Positions 8,817-16,584 of a DNA stretch of 39,744 bases are shown here, one piece after another; positions within the stretch are counted from its first letter, which is position 1, and each line of letters begins with the position of its first letter. Both the position numbers and the translations under genes were made by a program. The DNA comes from Dehalococcoidia bacterium (lineage in GTDB: Bacteria > Chloroflexota > Dehalococcoidia > Dehalococcoidales > BS750m-G39). A model generated the notes under the pieces. That model was not told the DNA's origin. It was given only the letters and a program-made list of their open reading frames with translations, and did not search any database. The stretch is taken from positions 1-39,744 of the forward strand of contig DAOWJM010000080.1 of assembly GCA_030640325.1 (NCBI GenBank). The letters run 5' to 3'.

Positions 8817-10211
8817 CTAGATACCCTTCCCCCGGTCAAACCGCTTGCCTCTTATCCTATTTTCAATGAAACTCACCATGAAAAGAAGTAAGCCGCCAAT
8901 CAGCAGACCGCCCAAATCCAAATAGTTTATGTCAAATAATTTGCTGATAAGCGCCACCGATCCCCCACCTATAATCGCCACCAATGCCCCCAAGGGGGTG
9001 ACTTTCAGCCTGTTCTTATAGAAGCCAGCAATTACTGGCAGAATCAAGCCACAGGTATATACGGTATAGGCAAAAAGAAGGGCATTTATTACCCCCTTCA
9101 GGGTTAATGCCAGGAGTAGAGAACCCAGCCCCAGAACTACTATCCCCCAGCGGGAAAGAGACAGGATTTTTCTCTGGCTAAGGGAAGGTTTGAAGCGCCC
9201 CACTATATCCACAGTTAATATTGTGCTGGCAGTTAATAAACAGGTATCGGCTGAAGACATAACGGCACCGAGTAATGCAGCCAGGACTACAGCACCAAGA
9301 AATGGAGGCAAAACCTCATTTATCACTGTGGGGAAGGCTTGCTCTGGCGAAATCTGGGGGAATAAAGCAGATGCCCCCATACCAATCAAGGTAATACAAA
9401 AGGCAAAAGGGATAATAAGCAATGCCGTCCAGAATACTGATACCCTGGCTGTTTTAGTATCCTTGGCACAGAATAGCCGGGAATACATATCAGGTCCCAC
9501 GACGTAGGTTAAACCGACCAGTAAGAGAAGCTTAATTAAATCATACCCGCCAAAATGAGCGCTGAGGGGAAAAGCAAACTGCTCTGGTGAAAGAGACGCC
9601 TGCAACCCGCTCAACCCTCCCAAACGAGACAGGAGTAAAGCCAAGCCACCAAGGATTCCAGCAAATATTATTCCTATTTGCAAGGCATCGGTGCGAATAA
9701 TGGCATACTGACCGCCCAACAAGGTATAAGCGACAAAAATTGCGCTAAACACTATCATCCACATAACCGGGCTGCCCATTCCCAGCACACTCAATATCTT
9801 TCCCGAGGCTACAATCTGACCAGCGATAATACCCATCCAAGAAACAACAATGAGGACTGAAGCGGCTAAGGCTATGCGGCTATCATATTGCTTTCCCACC
9901 AGCTCGGGCAGGGTATAAAGCCCGAACTGCCTCACCTTCTTGGCAAAGAAAAGTCCCAAAACCACCAGCCCAACGCTGCCCACCAATAACCACCATACCC
10001 CGGTCAGACCCTGGGTAAAGCCTAACCCAGCCATACCAACCGTGGCTGAGCCGCCAACAATGGTAGCTAACAGTGAGCTGGTAATAAGCAGAGAGGAACC
10101 CTTCCTCCCAGCCACAAAAAAATCATCAGCCCCCCTCGCCCTCCTCCGGCTCACCAGCCCGATGGCAATCATACCCAAAAAATAGAGAACAATAATTATC
10201 AGCCCCAGCAT
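8817..10211 (-). CDS. sodium:solute symporter family transporter
   Basis: About 13 TM segments. N-terminal FFVAGRKGSS motif typical of the SSS family. Substrate not assignable. Confidence 0.85.
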   Translation of the reverse strand: MLGLIIIVLYFLGMIAIGLVSRRRARGADDFFVAGRKGSSLLITSSLLATIVGGSATVGMAGLGFTQGLTGVWWLLVGSVGLVVLGLFFAKKVRQFGLYTLPELVGKQYDSRIALAASVLIVVSWMGIIAGQIVASGKILSVLGMGSPVMWMIVFSAIFVAYTLLGGQYAIIRTDALQIGIIFAGILGGLALLLSRLGGLSGLQASLSPEQFAFPLSAHFGGYDLIKLLLLVGLTYVVGPDMYSRLFCAKDTKTARVSVFWTALLIIPFAFCITLIGMGASALFPQISPEQAFPTVINEVLPPFLGAVVLAALLGAVMSSADTCLLTASTILTVDIVGRFKPSLSQRKILSLSRWGIVVLGLGSLLLALTLKGVINALLFAYTVYTCGLILPVIAGFYKNRLKVTPLGALVAIIGGGSVALISKLFDINYLDLGGLLIGGLLLFMVSFIENRIRGKRFDRGKGI

Positions 10212-10388
10212 CTTATATCCATCCTTTGGTTGAGAATGCTTTTGAGATGACCAGTGTGCAGAGAGGACAAGGAGGGTTTGATAGCTTTATCAAAATAGGA
10301 AGATTGAGTTGGACCAATATCACATCCAGGTGATTTAATATAAGCTAAAAGGGTACTTAACTATTCTCCGGGATTTCATACTTCGGCA

Positions 10389-10712
10389 CTATCTGCTTGG
10401 CTTTTCACTACCTATAATGGCAATCTCTATATTCTTGCCGCAGTGGGGGCAGGTTATAATAAAGGCAATGGGCTGCTTCATCACCCGTTCAGCAACAGCG
10501 GTAACCATTGAGTCAATACTATCTAGACGGTGGTCTAACATATCAAGACGCCGTTTAATACGTTCAATATCCTGCGCTTGCTCCTGCCCTACCGCCGTGA
10601 GTTCATCTTTCTCCGCCAAGAACACACCTCTAGGGAGATTATAACCAGACCAATTATATGGGTTAGACGGCACTATGTCAAAGACCGATTCCAGAATTCT
10701 ATGCATAATCAT
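10389..10712 (-). CDS. hypothetical protein (coiled-coil plus C-terminal CPHC knuckle)
   Basis: 107-aa ORF with a plausible coiled-coil (QDIERIKRRLDMLDHRLDSIDSM). The competing plus-strand ORFs look like antisense artefacts. No recognisable family. Confidence 0.4.
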   Translation of the reverse strand: MIMHRILESVFDIVPSNPYNWSGYNLPRGVFLAEKDELTAVGQEQAQDIERIKRRLDMLDHRLDSIDSMVTAVAERVMKQPIAFIITCPHCGKNIEIAIIGSEKPSR

Positions 10713-10716
10713 AATA

Positions 10717-10746
10717 TTGATTTACTCAAACCGGATGGCGTATACT
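10717..10746 (+). promoter_or_regulatory. putative promoter (TTGATT-18-TATACT)
   Basis: TTGATT at 10717-10722 and TATACT at 10741-10746. Followed by SD AAGGAGGG and ATG 10780. Confidence 0.4.
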
Positions 10747-10779
10747 ATAGGCAACAAAAACATATAAGGAGGGAGCCAA

Positions 10780-11034
10780 ATGCCTGAGGAGGTAATTGGA
10801 CAGGTGAGCGACTTCTTTGCCCACCCGGTGGTTGCTGGTATTGATTTGACCGCACCGTTAAACGTGGGCGACAAAATCCATATCAAAGGTCACACTACTG
10901 ATATGGAATTAACTGTTGACTCAATGCAGATTAACAATGTGGACGTTAAAGAGGCTAAAGCAGGAGATGCCATTGGAGTCAAGGTTAGCGAGCGGGTAAG
11001 AAGGGGGGATACAGTCTATAAGGTTATCGACTAA
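10780..11034 (+). CDS. translation elongation factor-like small protein (EF-Tu domain-2 type beta-barrel)
   Basis: GDKIHIKGHTTDMELTVDSMQINNVDVKEAKAGDAIGVKVSERVRRGDTVY matches the GTP_EFTU_D2 pattern. Strong SD. Confidence 0.6.
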   Translation: MPEEVIGQVSDFFAHPVVAGIDLTAPLNVGDKIHIKGHTTDMELTVDSMQINNVDVKEAKAGDAIGVKVSERVRRGDTVYKVID

Positions 11035-11066
11035 AGCAAATTTCCGGAGTTATAGAAAGTAAAGAA

Positions 11067-11354
11067 ATGACAGTAAAGGTATTGATAGAGCGTCATGTGA
11101 AAAAGGGCACGGAAGGGGATTTGATTGAGCTACTAAATAAATTACGAATTGAGTTAATCTCACAGCCAGGCTATGTCTCAGGTGAGTTGCTACAGAGCCT
11201 GGAAGATAAATCTATCATCTTCGCCCTTAGCACCTGGTTAAGCGTACTTGACTGGAAATCTTGGGAAGGTAATCCCAGACGTCTAGAAATTGAGTCCAAG
11301 ATTGAACCGCTATTGACTGAAGCGCCAAAGTTGACTATTGCTACATCTTTTTAA
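11067..11354 (+). CDS. antibiotic biosynthesis monooxygenase (ABM) domain protein
   Basis: About 95 aa with a ferredoxin-like ABM pattern (..QPGYVSGELLQS..ALSTWLSVLDWKSWE). Confidence 0.6.
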   Translation: MTVKVLIERHVKKGTEGDLIELLNKLRIELISQPGYVSGELLQSLEDKSIIFALSTWLSVLDWKSWEGNPRRLEIESKIEPLLTEAPKLTIATSF

Positions 11355-11371
11355 GAACTTGCCTTTAAAAA

Positions 11372-11839
11372 TTAGCCTATGCTTTTAACCAAGTTAGCCA
11401 TTTCAATGGCACTTGCCGCCGCTCTAAAGCCCTCATTCCCCTCTTTAGTTCCTGCCCGCTCAATAGCTTGCTCCAGGGTATCGGCAGTGATTACACCATA
11501 AATAACCGGCAGCCCGGTCTCCAAGCCCACTTTAGCGATACCCTTACTCACCTCAGCAGCAATGTATTCAAAGTGAGGTGTTCCACCACGAACCACGGCT
11601 CCCAAGCAGATAACAGCGTCATATCGCTCGGTTTGGGCTAATTTCTTGGCTATTAGCGGGATTTCAAAGGAACCTGGCACCCAGGCAACCTCTATATCTT
11701 CCTCGCCAACGCCGTGGCGAAGCAAGGCGTCCTGTGCCCCCTCAAGTAGCTTCTTGGTAATAAACTCGTTGAAACGGGAAACAACCAGCCCAAACTTCAG
11801 CCCCTTCCCCAGTAACATTCCTTCAAAAGACTTGCTCAT
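11372..11839 (-). CDS. ribH: 6,7-dimethyl-8-ribityllumazine synthase
   Basis: [54 protein letters not shown]. Confidence 0.93.
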   Translation of the reverse strand: MSKSFEGMLLGKGLKFGLVVSRFNEFITKKLLEGAQDALLRHGVGEEDIEVAWVPGSFEIPLIAKKLAQTERYDAVICLGAVVRGGTPHFEYIAAEVSKGIAKVGLETGLPVIYGVITADTLEQAIERAGTKEGNEGFRAAASAIEMANLVKSIG

Positions 11840-11859
11840 TGCTTTCTCCTTATTCTAGT

Positions 11860-13077
11860 TTAATTATCGGAAGCATCCGGTATTTCTAACAGATGACCTA
11901 ACTTTTTCTGCTTTGTCTCCAGGTAATCACGGTTATAGGGATTGGGAGTGATGATAATAGGTATTGTCTCCACCACCTTTAGCCCATAACCCTCCAAACC
12001 TATCACCTTTTTGGGGTTGTTGGTGAGCAGCCGAATCTCATGTAAGCCCAGCTCAGCCAGGATTTGGGCACCTATGCCATAGTCCCGCAGGTCTGAAGGA
12101 AAGCCCAAGGACAGATTAGCCTCCACCGTATCCAGCCCCTCATCTTGAAGGGCATAGGCACGAATCTTGTTATGGAAGCCAATGCCTCGCCCCTCCTGCC
12201 TCATATACAGGAAAACACCCCGCCCCTCGTCGGCGATACTTTGCATGGCTAGGGCAATCTGCCCACCGCAATCACAACGAAGGCTACCGAATACATCGCC
12301 AGTAAGACACTCACTGTGAACTCGGACTAACACCGGCTCCTCGGTAGATATATTCCCCATCACCAATGCCAAGTGCTCATCCGGGTCTATATCACTCTTG
12401 TAGGCGATAGCGGTAAATTCGCCATATCTTGTTGGCAGCTTAGCCTCAGCCACTCGGTGCACCAGCCTTTCATGGCGGCGGCGATAGGCAATAAGGTCAG
12501 CTATAGTTACAATTTTGATTCCAAATCGCTCTGCCATTGCCTCAAGTTGAGGTAGCCGCGCCATAGAGCCGTCTTCACTCATAATCTCACAGATAACCCC
12601 GGCGGGATAGAGCCCAGCTAGCCTGGCTAAATCAACTATTGCTTCGGTATGCCCGGCTCGAACTAGGACACCCCCCTCCCTCGCCTGCAGCGGGAATATA
12701 TGCCCTGGTCGGGCTAAATCGTCAGCCCCAGTAGCTGGGTCAACTATGACTTTGATTGTCTCCGCTCTATCTGCCGCCGAAATGCCTGTGCTTGCCCTAT
12801 GTTTAGCATCAACAGACACAGCAAAGGCAGTGGAAAACTTTGAGGTGTTCTGCCCCACCATCAGAGGAATCCCCAACTCGTCTAACCGCTTGCCTATAAT
12901 AGGTAGGCAAATCAATCCCCTAGCATGCTTTGTCATAAAGTTAATAGCTTCGGGGGTAACCTTCTCAGCAGCTAGCGCCAGGTCACCCTCGTTTTCCCTA
13001 TCCTCATCATCAACGATGATAACAGATTTGCCCTCTTTTACATCCTCAATAGCTTCAGCAATGCTTGATAAGCCCAT
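11860..13077 (-). CDS. ribBA: bifunctional 3,4-dihydroxy-2-butanone-4-phosphate synthase / GTP cyclohydrolase II
   Basis: DHBP synthase half ([15 protein letters not shown]). GCH II half ([27 protein letters not shown]). Confidence 0.95.
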   Translation of the reverse strand: MGLSSIAEAIEDVKEGKSVIIVDDEDRENEGDLALAAEKVTPEAINFMTKHARGLICLPIIGKRLDELGIPLMVGQNTSKFSTAFAVSVDAKHRASTGISAADRAETIKVIVDPATGADDLARPGHIFPLQAREGGVLVRAGHTEAIVDLARLAGLYPAGVICEIMSEDGSMARLPQLEAMAERFGIKIVTIADLIAYRRRHERLVHRVAEAKLPTRYGEFTAIAYKSDIDPDEHLALVMGNISTEEPVLVRVHSECLTGDVFGSLRCDCGGQIALAMQSIADEGRGVFLYMRQEGRGIGFHNKIRAYALQDEGLDTVEANLSLGFPSDLRDYGIGAQILAELGLHEIRLLTNNPKKVIGLEGYGLKVVETIPIIITPNPYNRDYLETKQKKLGHLLEIPDASDN

Positions 13078-13095
13078 GCTTATCCCTCCCGTAAG

Positions 13096-13731
13096 TTAAC
13101 CTACCAGAAAACCGCGCTCCTGTAGAAAATCTAAAGTTATGCCCGGGGAGCGAGCCTGAGAGAGTTGTTCCACATATTTGGCAACGATATCCACCTCCAG
13201 ATTAACCAAGTCACCCACTCGCCTGCCGCCCAGAGTAGTGTGTTTCCGGGTATAATCAACCACAGAAACCTGAAATGAGCTGGGAGCCTTGGTCACAATA
13301 GTCAGACTAACCCCATCAACGGCAATAAAACCCTTCTCCACCATATAGTACATTAGCTGAGGCGGGGCTTCAAATCCGAGCATCATTGCCCCACCACCCC
13401 GGGCGACAGAGGTTACCCTTCCGGTATCATCGACATGTCCCTGCACCAAGTGCCCACCCAGGCGCCCGCCTAAAGGTAGAGGTCGTTCTATATTAACTCC
13501 ATCCCCAGCCCTCAAGAGTCCAAGATTAGTCCTCTTTGATGTCTCAGGCATTACATCGACAGAAAACGAATTGCTATCAAAATTGGTTACCGTCAGGCAC
13601 ACGCCGCTAACAGCCATACTTGCGCCGCTTTCCATTCCCTGGAGAACATCGCCGGCGGCGATAACCAGACTTCCAGATTGCGCTGAAATAACTCTACCTA
13701 CCTCTCCTATAATCCCGGTAAACACCTTCAC
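13096..13731 (-). CDS. ribE: riboflavin synthase
   Basis: MKVFTGIIGEVGRV start. Duplicated lumazine-binding repeats (GVCLTV / GVSLTI). Confidence 0.93.
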   Translation of the reverse strand: MKVFTGIIGEVGRVISAQSGSLVIAAGDVLQGMESGASMAVSGVCLTVTNFDSNSFSVDVMPETSKRTNLGLLRAGDGVNIERPLPLGGRLGGHLVQGHVDDTGRVTSVARGGGAMMLGFEAPPQLMYYMVEKGFIAVDGVSLTIVTKAPSSFQVSVVDYTRKHTTLGGRRVGDLVNLEVDIVAKYVEQLSQARSPGITLDFLQERGFLVG

Positions 13732-14831
13732 TCCCCTTTCGCCACAACATATCCGCTAACCATCAAATCATCGCCCAGCTTTTCCACCCTAACCCGCTCT
13801 AACCTAAATGATTCTGCCACCTTGCTAACCCCTCTGCCAGCGACCGCTGTCTTTGCCACCTCTCCACCAATGATAATAGGGGCAATAAAGGCGATAACCT
13901 TATCCACCAGCCAGCGGTCAAATAGAGAACCAAGCAGAATTCCACCGCCCTCGACTAAAACACTGGTAATTTCCCGCTCACCCAATGCCCTTAGCAACTT
14001 CTCCAAATCTACCAACCCCTCTGCTGTGGGCGATTCCAGTATTTCAGCACCAGCCTGAGCAAAAGCTGCTTTCTCCTTTAGCGTAGCCGTCCTGCCCAAT
14101 GCCAGAAGTGTTCTCCCCGGCTCATTAAATACTTGAGCAGTTAATGGCGTTCGCCCTTTACCATCCACAATCACTCTGAGCGGTTGCTTTCTGGCTGTGC
14201 CCCCCCTCCCACCGGAGCATCTGGTTGTAAGGTGAGGGTCATCTGCCAAGAGGGTATTCACCCCAGCCATAATAGCATCAGTGGTATAGCGGAGACAATG
14301 GACATACTTCCTCGCCTCCCTGCCGCTAATCCACCGAGAATCACCCTTTCTGGTGGCAATCTTCCCATCCAGGCTTACAGCAAATTTGGCGGTCACAAAA
14401 GGGATGCCGGTAGTAATGAATTTGGTATAAGCCTCGTTAATCTCTTTAGCCTCCTCTTCATGCTCACCAAGATATATTTCAATGCCTTCCCTCTCCAGCT
14501 CGTCTTTACCCCGCCCTGAAACCGAAGGATTGGGGTCAAGCATAGCCATATGAACCTCTCTGATGCCAGCAGAAATTATTGCCCCAGTACACGGTGGAGT
14601 CCGACCATGATGGCAGCAAGGTTCCAGAGTAACATACATCACGCCCCCCCCAGCCTGCTCACCCGCCTGCTTCAGGGCTAATACCTCGGCATGATGGGAG
14701 CCCGGTGGCTGGGTATAGCCTTGCCCTACAACCACACCTTCCTTAACCACCACCGCTCCCACTGCCGGGTTAGGGCTAGCCTGCCCCAGAGCTAGTTTAG
14801 CCAAGGAAAGCGCCTGCTCCATATAGTCCAT
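13728..14831 (-). CDS. ribD: bifunctional diaminohydroxyphosphoribosylaminopyrimidine deaminase / 5-amino-6-(5-phosphoribosylamino)uracil reductase
   Basis: Deaminase zinc motifs HAEV..PCCHHGRTPPC, followed by the reductase domain. 4-nt overlap with ribE. Confidence 0.95.
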   Translation of the reverse strand: MDYMEQALSLAKLALGQASPNPAVGAVVVKEGVVVGQGYTQPPGSHHAEVLALKQAGEQAGGGVMYVTLEPCCHHGRTPPCTGAIISAGIREVHMAMLDPNPSVSGRGKDELEREGIEIYLGEHEEEAKEINEAYTKFITTGIPFVTAKFAVSLDGKIATRKGDSRWISGREARKYVHCLRYTTDAIMAGVNTLLADDPHLTTRCSGGRGGTARKQPLRVIVDGKGRTPLTAQVFNEPGRTLLALGRTATLKEKAAFAQAGAEILESPTAEGLVDLEKLLRALGEREITSVLVEGGGILLGSLFDRWLVDKVIAFIAPIIIGGEVAKTAVAGRGVSKVAESFRLERVRVEKLGDDLMVSGYVVAKGE

Positions 14832-14840
14832 GGCATTGCC

Positions 14841-14870
14841 ATTCTAGCATCTCCATCAAAAAAAGTGCAA
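14841..14870 (-). promoter_or_regulatory. putative rib operon promoter (TTGCAC-18-TAGAAT), -10 only 9 nt from the ribD ATG
   Basis: On the minus strand: TTGCAC (14870-14865), an 18-nt spacer, TAGAAT (14846-14841), then GGCAATGCC and ATG. No SD. Confidence 0.4.
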
Positions 14871-14940
14871 CATTAGCTCGATTGTTATTAACCCCATCCT
14901 CTATTATTAGTTTTATTAAGTGACCCTCCCCCTTTATGCA

Positions 14941-15072
14941 CCCTAAAAAATCAAAGATTTTTTAGGGAACCCGCTTTATCCCCCTCCCTTAGATAAGGGA
15001 GGGGGAATGGTGTCTAAGAGAGGCGGAGCTCTCTTAATTAAATATTTCCCCCTTCCCCTGAGGGGAAGGGGG
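14941..15072 (+). repeat. cluster of four consecutive perfect GC-rich hairpins (intergenic repeat element, copy 1)
   Basis: Hairpins are 14941-14967 (12 bp), 14979-15006 (12 bp), 15015-15036 (8 bp) and 15048-15072 (11 bp). The modules recur in the same order at 18753-18876. Confidence 0.7.
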
Positions 15073-15214
15073 TCAGGGGGATGGGGTCAATGCCACGGAG
15101 AAACGAAACATGATAATCTGTGTCACTAATCTATCTGAACTAGCTCACATCAACTCCTCTAGAATGATGAAGTCGGATAGGGTATAATTAGGATTAACTA
15201 GGGGTAACTACTAA

Positions 15215-15784
15215 ATGAGAACCTTTTTCCGCGACATTCTAATAACGCTAATACTGGCAATAGTCATCTTCTTCCTGCTACAAGTCACAGTTCAGAGTTT
15301 TATTATAGTAGAGCGTTGCATGGAGCCCGAGTTTCAAGAAGGAGAACGACTATTAGTTAATAAAGTGGTTTATTATTTCCACGAACCTGAAAGGGGCGAT
15401 GTGATTATACTACACCCGCCCTTTAACCCCGAAGCAGTCTATATCAAACGCATCATTGCTTTACCCGGCGATACGGTAGAGGTGAAAGAGGGGGCGGTAT
15501 ATGTTAACGACACCGAGCTAGACGAGCCCTATATTAAAGAGCCTCCCACCTATACCTACGACCAGGAAGAAATCCCTGAGAATGAATACTTTGTTCTCGG
15601 CGACAACCGCAATAATGCCAATGATTCCCATAAAGGCTGGACAGTGCCCCGCGAGAATATAATTGGCAAAGCCTGGCTATCATTCTGGCCACTAAAGGAA
15701 TGGGGGCTGGTTCCTCGCTACCCACTACAGGAGCAACTTGCCAGCTCTATCAAGCACATAACTGCCCTCTTAGGGGTAGATTGA
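15215..15784 (+). CDS. lepB: signal peptidase I (with Cys at the nucleophile position)
   Basis: N-terminal TM segment. Boxes RGDVII, YIKRIIALPGDTV and FVLGDNRNNANDSH are present. Box B reads CMEPEF instead of SM.PT. Confidence 0.85.
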   Translation: MRTFFRDILITLILAIVIFFLLQVTVQSFIIVERCMEPEFQEGERLLVNKVVYYFHEPERGDVIILHPPFNPEAVYIKRIIALPGDTVEVKEGAVYVNDTELDEPYIKEPPTYTYDQEEIPENEYFVLGDNRNNANDSHKGWTVPRENIIGKAWLSFWPLKEWGLVPRYPLQEQLASSIKHITALLGVD

Positions 15785-15789
15785 AGGGG

Positions 15790-16365
15790 GTGAGGTCGAT
15801 AGAAATAGAAAATGTAGAGGAAATCTTCGAAAAATCGGGGGCTATACTAAAAGGGCACTTCCTGCTCACCTCCGGCCTGCACTCCCCGGTCTATTGGGAA
15901 AAGTTCCGAGTTTTGCAATTCCCCCACTACACCCAGCAGCTTTGTCGGCTGATTGCTAACCACTTTCGGAAGCAAAAAATCCAGGTAGTGGCTGGACCAA
16001 CAACTGGTGGCATTATCCTAGCTTTTGAAGTGGCTAGACAGTTAGGAGTAAGGGGTATATTCGCTGAAAAGGAAGGCGACCAAGAGCGGGCTTTCAGGCG
16101 GGGCTTCAACATTGACCCCGGCGAGCGAGTCCTTATCGTGGATGATATTCTCACCACCGGCAGCTCCATACGCCAAGTTATGGCGGCAGCGACCAGGCAA
16201 GGGGGCATAATAATAGGCATAGGGGTATTGGTTGACCGCTCCGAGCAAAAGATGGAATTTGGTGTCCCCCTTTTTAGCTGTCACCGGACAGAAACCATAA
16301 CCTACCCAGCACAGGATTGCCCTCTGTGTGCTGCCAAAATCCCCCTGGTCAAACCCGGCGGCTAA
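15790..16365 (+). CDS. pyrE: orotate phosphoribosyltransferase (start uncertain: GTG 15790, TTG 15781 or ATG 15700)
   Basis: ILKGHFLLTSGLHSPVYWEKF and the PRPP loop VLIVDDILTTGSS. ATG 15700 would overlap lepB by 85 nt. Confidence 0.8.
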   Translation: MRSIEIENVEEIFEKSGAILKGHFLLTSGLHSPVYWEKFRVLQFPHYTQQLCRLIANHFRKQKIQVVAGPTTGGIILAFEVARQLGVRGIFAEKEGDQERAFRRGFNIDPGERVLIVDDILTTGSSIRQVMAAATRQGGIIIGIGVLVDRSEQKMEFGVPLFSCHRTETITYPAQDCPLCAAKIPLVKPGG

Positions 16366-16382
16366 AATGTCCTAAAGGGCTA

Positions 16383-16411
16383 TTGACAAAACGATAGCAA
16401 GCTCATATACT
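16383..16411 (+). promoter_or_regulatory. putative pan operon promoter (TTGACA-17-TATACT)
   Basis: TTGACA at 16383-16388 and TATACT at 16406-16411. Confidence 0.55.
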
Positions 16412-16418
16412 AAAATTG

Positions 16419-16535
16419 ATAATAGTTATTAGCTATCGACCCATAGGGCGGTAAGCTTTTTAAGAAGTTTTTTAATAACCCGGGTCGCTTGGATCGGATA
16501 CGACCGAGACGGCAAAAATAGAGTTTGTATTTGGG
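16419..16535 (+). ncRNA. structured 5' leader of the pan operon with two look-alike bulged-A hairpins (candidate pan-motif-like cis-regulator)
   Basis: Hairpin 16434-16453 and hairpin 16488-16508 share one architecture: 5 bp (third pair T/G), a bulged A, 3 bp, then a 3-4 nt loop. See findings. Confidence 0.45.
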
Positions 16536-16570
16536 ATGCCTTCTCTGGCTGTGTCGGAGAAGGCATTTTT
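16536..16570 (+). terminator. intrinsic terminator/attenuator inside the pan leader
   Basis: 10-bp stem ATGCCTTCTC / GAGAAGGCAT, an 11-nt loop, then TTTT. It ends 15-24 nt before the first pan-operon start codon. Confidence 0.65.
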
Positions 16571-16584
16571 AGTATAAATCTGGC

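Noticed and set aside
10278-10293. TTGATAGCTTTATCAA inverted repeat upstream of the symporter gene as an operator.
   Set aside because: It has only 6-bp arms, which is easily produced by chance in 40 kb, and there is no supporting second copy or adjacent regulator.
10417-10787. Plus-strand ORFs 10417-10644 and 10578-10787.
   Set aside because: They are Ser/Arg/Cys-rich translations antisense to the more plausible coiled-coil ORF 10389-10712. The second ORF also runs through a promoter and SD region.
14941-15072. Possible CRISPR array suggested by the closely spaced palindromic repeats.
   Set aside because: The four hairpins have different sequences and lengths. There is no constant repeat or spacer periodicity, and there are no cas genes in the window.
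14832-15214. An FMN (RFN) riboswitch was expected upstream of ribD.
   Set aside because: None of the conserved FMN-element strings or their reverse complements is present. The spacer is filled by repeat hairpins, and a promoter abuts the start codon. A covariance-model scan should confirm the absence.
15700-15789. ATG 15700 as the pyrE start (221-aa track ORF).
   Set aside because: It would overlap lepB by 85 nt in another frame and add an N-terminal extension not seen in OPRTases. GTG 15790 or TTG 15781 gives a normal protein of about 191-194 aa. None of the candidates has a good SD, so the start stays uncertain.
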